Origin: Corallochytrium limacisporum Hawaii
Lineage: Eukaryota; Protista; Pluriformea
Reading direction: 5' to 3'
Length of the DNA stretch: 64,000 nt
Assembly (NCBI GenBank): GCA_002811645.1
Contig: PDIP01000052.1
Span: 107,698 to 171,697 of the forward strand
The position numbers and the translations under genes are program-made. A model generated the notes under the pieces. That model was not told the DNA's origin and made no database searches. It was given only the letters and a program-made list of their open reading frames with translations. Below, piece by piece: positions 61,101 through 64,000 of the stretch. Position 1 is the first letter of the stretch. Each line of letters starts with the position of its first letter.

Positions 61101-64000
61101 GAACACGGGAAGGACAAAATAACGAGCGCAACCGGCTCCCCTCCCCTCCCCCATTTTTTTTGCAGTTGGACGCTGTTATGGTTATTTTCAAGTCCAATTG
61201 GAGAGTATTGTCGATGGCGATAATGGACATCGGACCAACACGTTCAGAAGACCAAGACAAAAAAACGTGTTTGTCCGATATGGGCCCGATGCCCGCAAAA
61301 GACAACGAGGAGTGGCCAAAGACCTGTCATTTTTTTGGAGTTTGTTGCGTCCCATCTCCTATGCAAGTTCCATGAATCGGTTAAGATTAATCACCCGCAG
61401 TGGGCGTCCGTCCGTTTCAAGTCAACGCGAAAGAAAGAATGAGAGGAGGATGAGAAACGTAAGAATGTGTTGTGTAGTGTTAATGCCATGCGAAACCATC
61501 TCGGCATGCCTGCCATTCAGTCTATGAATTGCGCTTGGTATGGTGGGTACGCGTGGGTGGCGTGAACAAGGGTGTGAGTGTGTGTGTATGGGGGAAATGG
61601 GTACACCCCGACCTTGAGTGGACACGGCAGGTGTATGACATACGTTCTGAAAAGTCGCGCAATGGCCCGAGTCATGGCGCAAATACGCCGAGAAAACGAG
61701 AGAGAGAGAGAGCACAGGAAAACAGAGAACGGGAGTGACACAGAAAAGGCCGGGGTGTGGAGCAGTGAAAAAAGAAAGCGAGATACTTCTGTAGTGACCG
61801 GTGGTGAAGCGTGCGCGTCACGGAAGCGTTCGGAAGAGTCACACACGGCCCGAGCGCTTCGAAAACAACGGCACCGTGCTGAAACACACCCCCGTGGGGA
61901 GAGAATGTGTTCGTCCCATTGCGACGAAGGAATGCATGGCACACTCGCTGACTCCTGCAGATAGTGGTGGTGCACACAGAGTAAGACATAACGCCCGTTT
62001 TGCGTCTGTGTGAGTGGATGTGCATGGCCACTGTGTACGGGATCATGACATACGACAGAAAGAATGGCAAAAGACAGGACCGCCGAAATCCCAGCTCAAG
62101 ACGGGCACGACAGAAAGGCGGGAACTCAGCCCGACGCGCCGGCCCGGGATTCTTACACACAGCAGCAGACTCGGGCCATTGTTCAGGTTTGTTTGGGGCA
62201 CACACACACACACACACCCACATACGCAAACTCACACCCCCACACGGGAGGCATGTTTAGAAAACGAACGTATGGTTCCATCGGATGAGATCTCCCGCCA
62301 TCATTCACATGACATGCTCTGTGTCCCCGTGTATTTGGATTCAGATGCACGTCAACAAATGTGCGCACCAACAGGTGTGTAAGTTAGGGGCCTGTTTAGG
62401 ATGGAATGCCCACTCTGCATACTTAATAAATAGTTAATATCTTTGGGGCACTGCCATAAACAAAGCTGCATGTAACACCATAGCAAATGCGCGCAGAATG
62501 TGCACGCCGCGAAGGAATTACTGTGTTTTTCCCAAGTGTTTCAGTTCGTGCTCAACCCACCGAACACATCGTCAAAATCACATAAATACTCGTCCTTCCC
62601 TCGTGGTCCTGATCACGAACGCGTACATTACATACTGCATTTGTTCCCATCGCATACCGAGCGCAGGCTGCCAGACCTGTCTGTTTCTCCAACAACCAAG
62701 ACCGAATTTCTTTCCGTTTCTCAGTTGCACAGCAGCCGGTCGAAATCGGCCAACACTGCAACAAAAAATATACCTAGGAATTAGATGCGTTTCGTATGTA
62801 CAGGGCATTCTCTAGTATCTAGAGTACGAAAAAAACACAGGGCGAGAGACGCGTGGTGCATTCCTCTCGGCCGAGAGAGCGAGAGGGTTGGAGCTGTGAG
62901 TGAGCGTCCATTTTTGCTTAGTTGCCGGGAGTTCGATTATCCACCGCGCGCTATGGCCGGTCAGTTAATTGGAATCGCATGGGTGTGCGGGTATGTACGT
63001 CTGGCAAACACAAACAAATAAAACAAATTAAACGGGATGGGAAGGGCAGAGGAGGGCAGAGGGCAGAGGAGGCAGAGAGAGAGGGGCAGGGGGGGAGACG
63101 CTATGAATTTGCTGAGTCATCAGAATTTATGGTTACGAGCCAGTTCAGAAAAGATTACAAGTTATGTTCCATGTGTCTAAATATTAGTACATTAAGTATT
63201 TATGGGTCTATGAATAATACGAACCGAGCTATGAGCGGCTGCCCAAGAGCTGACTTTTTCGTTGAAGATACAGAATTCTTGTCACTCGCGCGATGTGGAC
63301 CTGAAATCGAAGCTGGTCACGAAATGATACTGAAAGACTCGTGATCTGGTCCGGGAGTGGGAATAATGCAGTTGCGCGCGGAGATAATACGATGGGCACT
63401 ATGGATCCGATCGAGAAAATATGTGGACCGTGGCAAGATATGGTCCCCAATTCACACGCTTGTCAGGGACTTTTCATATTGTACGATTATCAAAAAGGCA
63501 AGAGGGCCAAAAAAAACAAAAAGGGGAAAAACCACGGAGAGCGAGAAAACCCCGGGGGGAGAGAGGGGGGGGTGCAAGATTACCACACTCAACTGAAATT
63601 CATTTGGCCTCCGTTGCTTTGTGGTCTGAGGTTCACACGGTCACATCGAGTCAGTGAGCACGCACGATGTTGGGCTTGAGAGAAGGCGTCGCACTTCTCC
63701 CTTCCCTTTCTCCCCCTTTTTTTCCGCTCTGCTTTTCGTTTTCATTCTCTCTTTTGTTTTCTCGGTTCTTAATGGGGTCACTTGTCCCTCAATACTTTGC
63801 TCAACAACTGACCATCTACATAACGTAAAAGAGAACGGCATGAATTAATCACACAGAGTTTGGCGTCGTGTGCCCCATTTGCCTTCGACAGGCACGCATG
63901 CCATTGCGTGCCGCCGAGGCTAGACTCCCACAAGAACGTCCACTAATTTAATATGTAGAATGGAACGAGGTGAATTTTACGCACCAACGTTACGCATCGT

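Noticed and set aside
57121-62950. GTTCGA motifs (~57127, ~62931) as tRNA T-loops, and GCCTTTTTAC (~59642) as a U5 loop
   Set aside because: The flanking bases do not form a T-stem or cloverleaf, and the U5-like loop has an extra T and no evident stem.

Overview
Scaffold fragment of a compact, intron-poor unicellular eukaryote. An opisthokont, possibly holozoan, origin is inferred from the metazoan-like antizyme shift site and the KIF13-type kinesin, but the species cannot be determined from this window. Positions ~3.4-51.3 kb hold about 21 tightly packed housekeeping genes, almost all with uninterrupted CDSs: POR, DDX24/Mak5, Siw14-like phosphatase, PCNA, an FZL-like dynamin GTPase, a small spliced Pcc1-like ORF, ERG28, a beta-hydroxyacid dehydrogenase, Pho8-like alkaline phosphatase, Sec6, ODC antizyme, an SLC35 transporter, an unknown membrane protein, kinesin-3, trichoplein, a possible PPP1R35-like protein, a steroid 5-alpha-reductase family protein, a double hot-dog thioesterase, TFIIE-alpha, ORC1 and a divergent ALG3-like protein. 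This block is flanked by microsatellite-rich DNA with no convincing genes (1-3.4 kb and 51.3-64 kb), and the window has three N-gaps. The clearest hidden feature is an antizyme gene that needs a +1 ribosomal frameshift at TGG-TAT-TCC-TGA-T (24248-24260). Other notable signals are: candidate short introns confined to 5' UTRs and gene starts; an oriented GGGGCCTA promoter motif and Cn-Gm tracts; E2F-like sites upstream of PCNA, ORC1 and the putative centriole gene pair; a plant/bacterial-type dynamin with a mitochondrial-like leader; a possible ALG3 pseudo-enzyme; and a thioesterase that may be dually targeted. All homology calls come from recognising motifs by eye, not from database searches.
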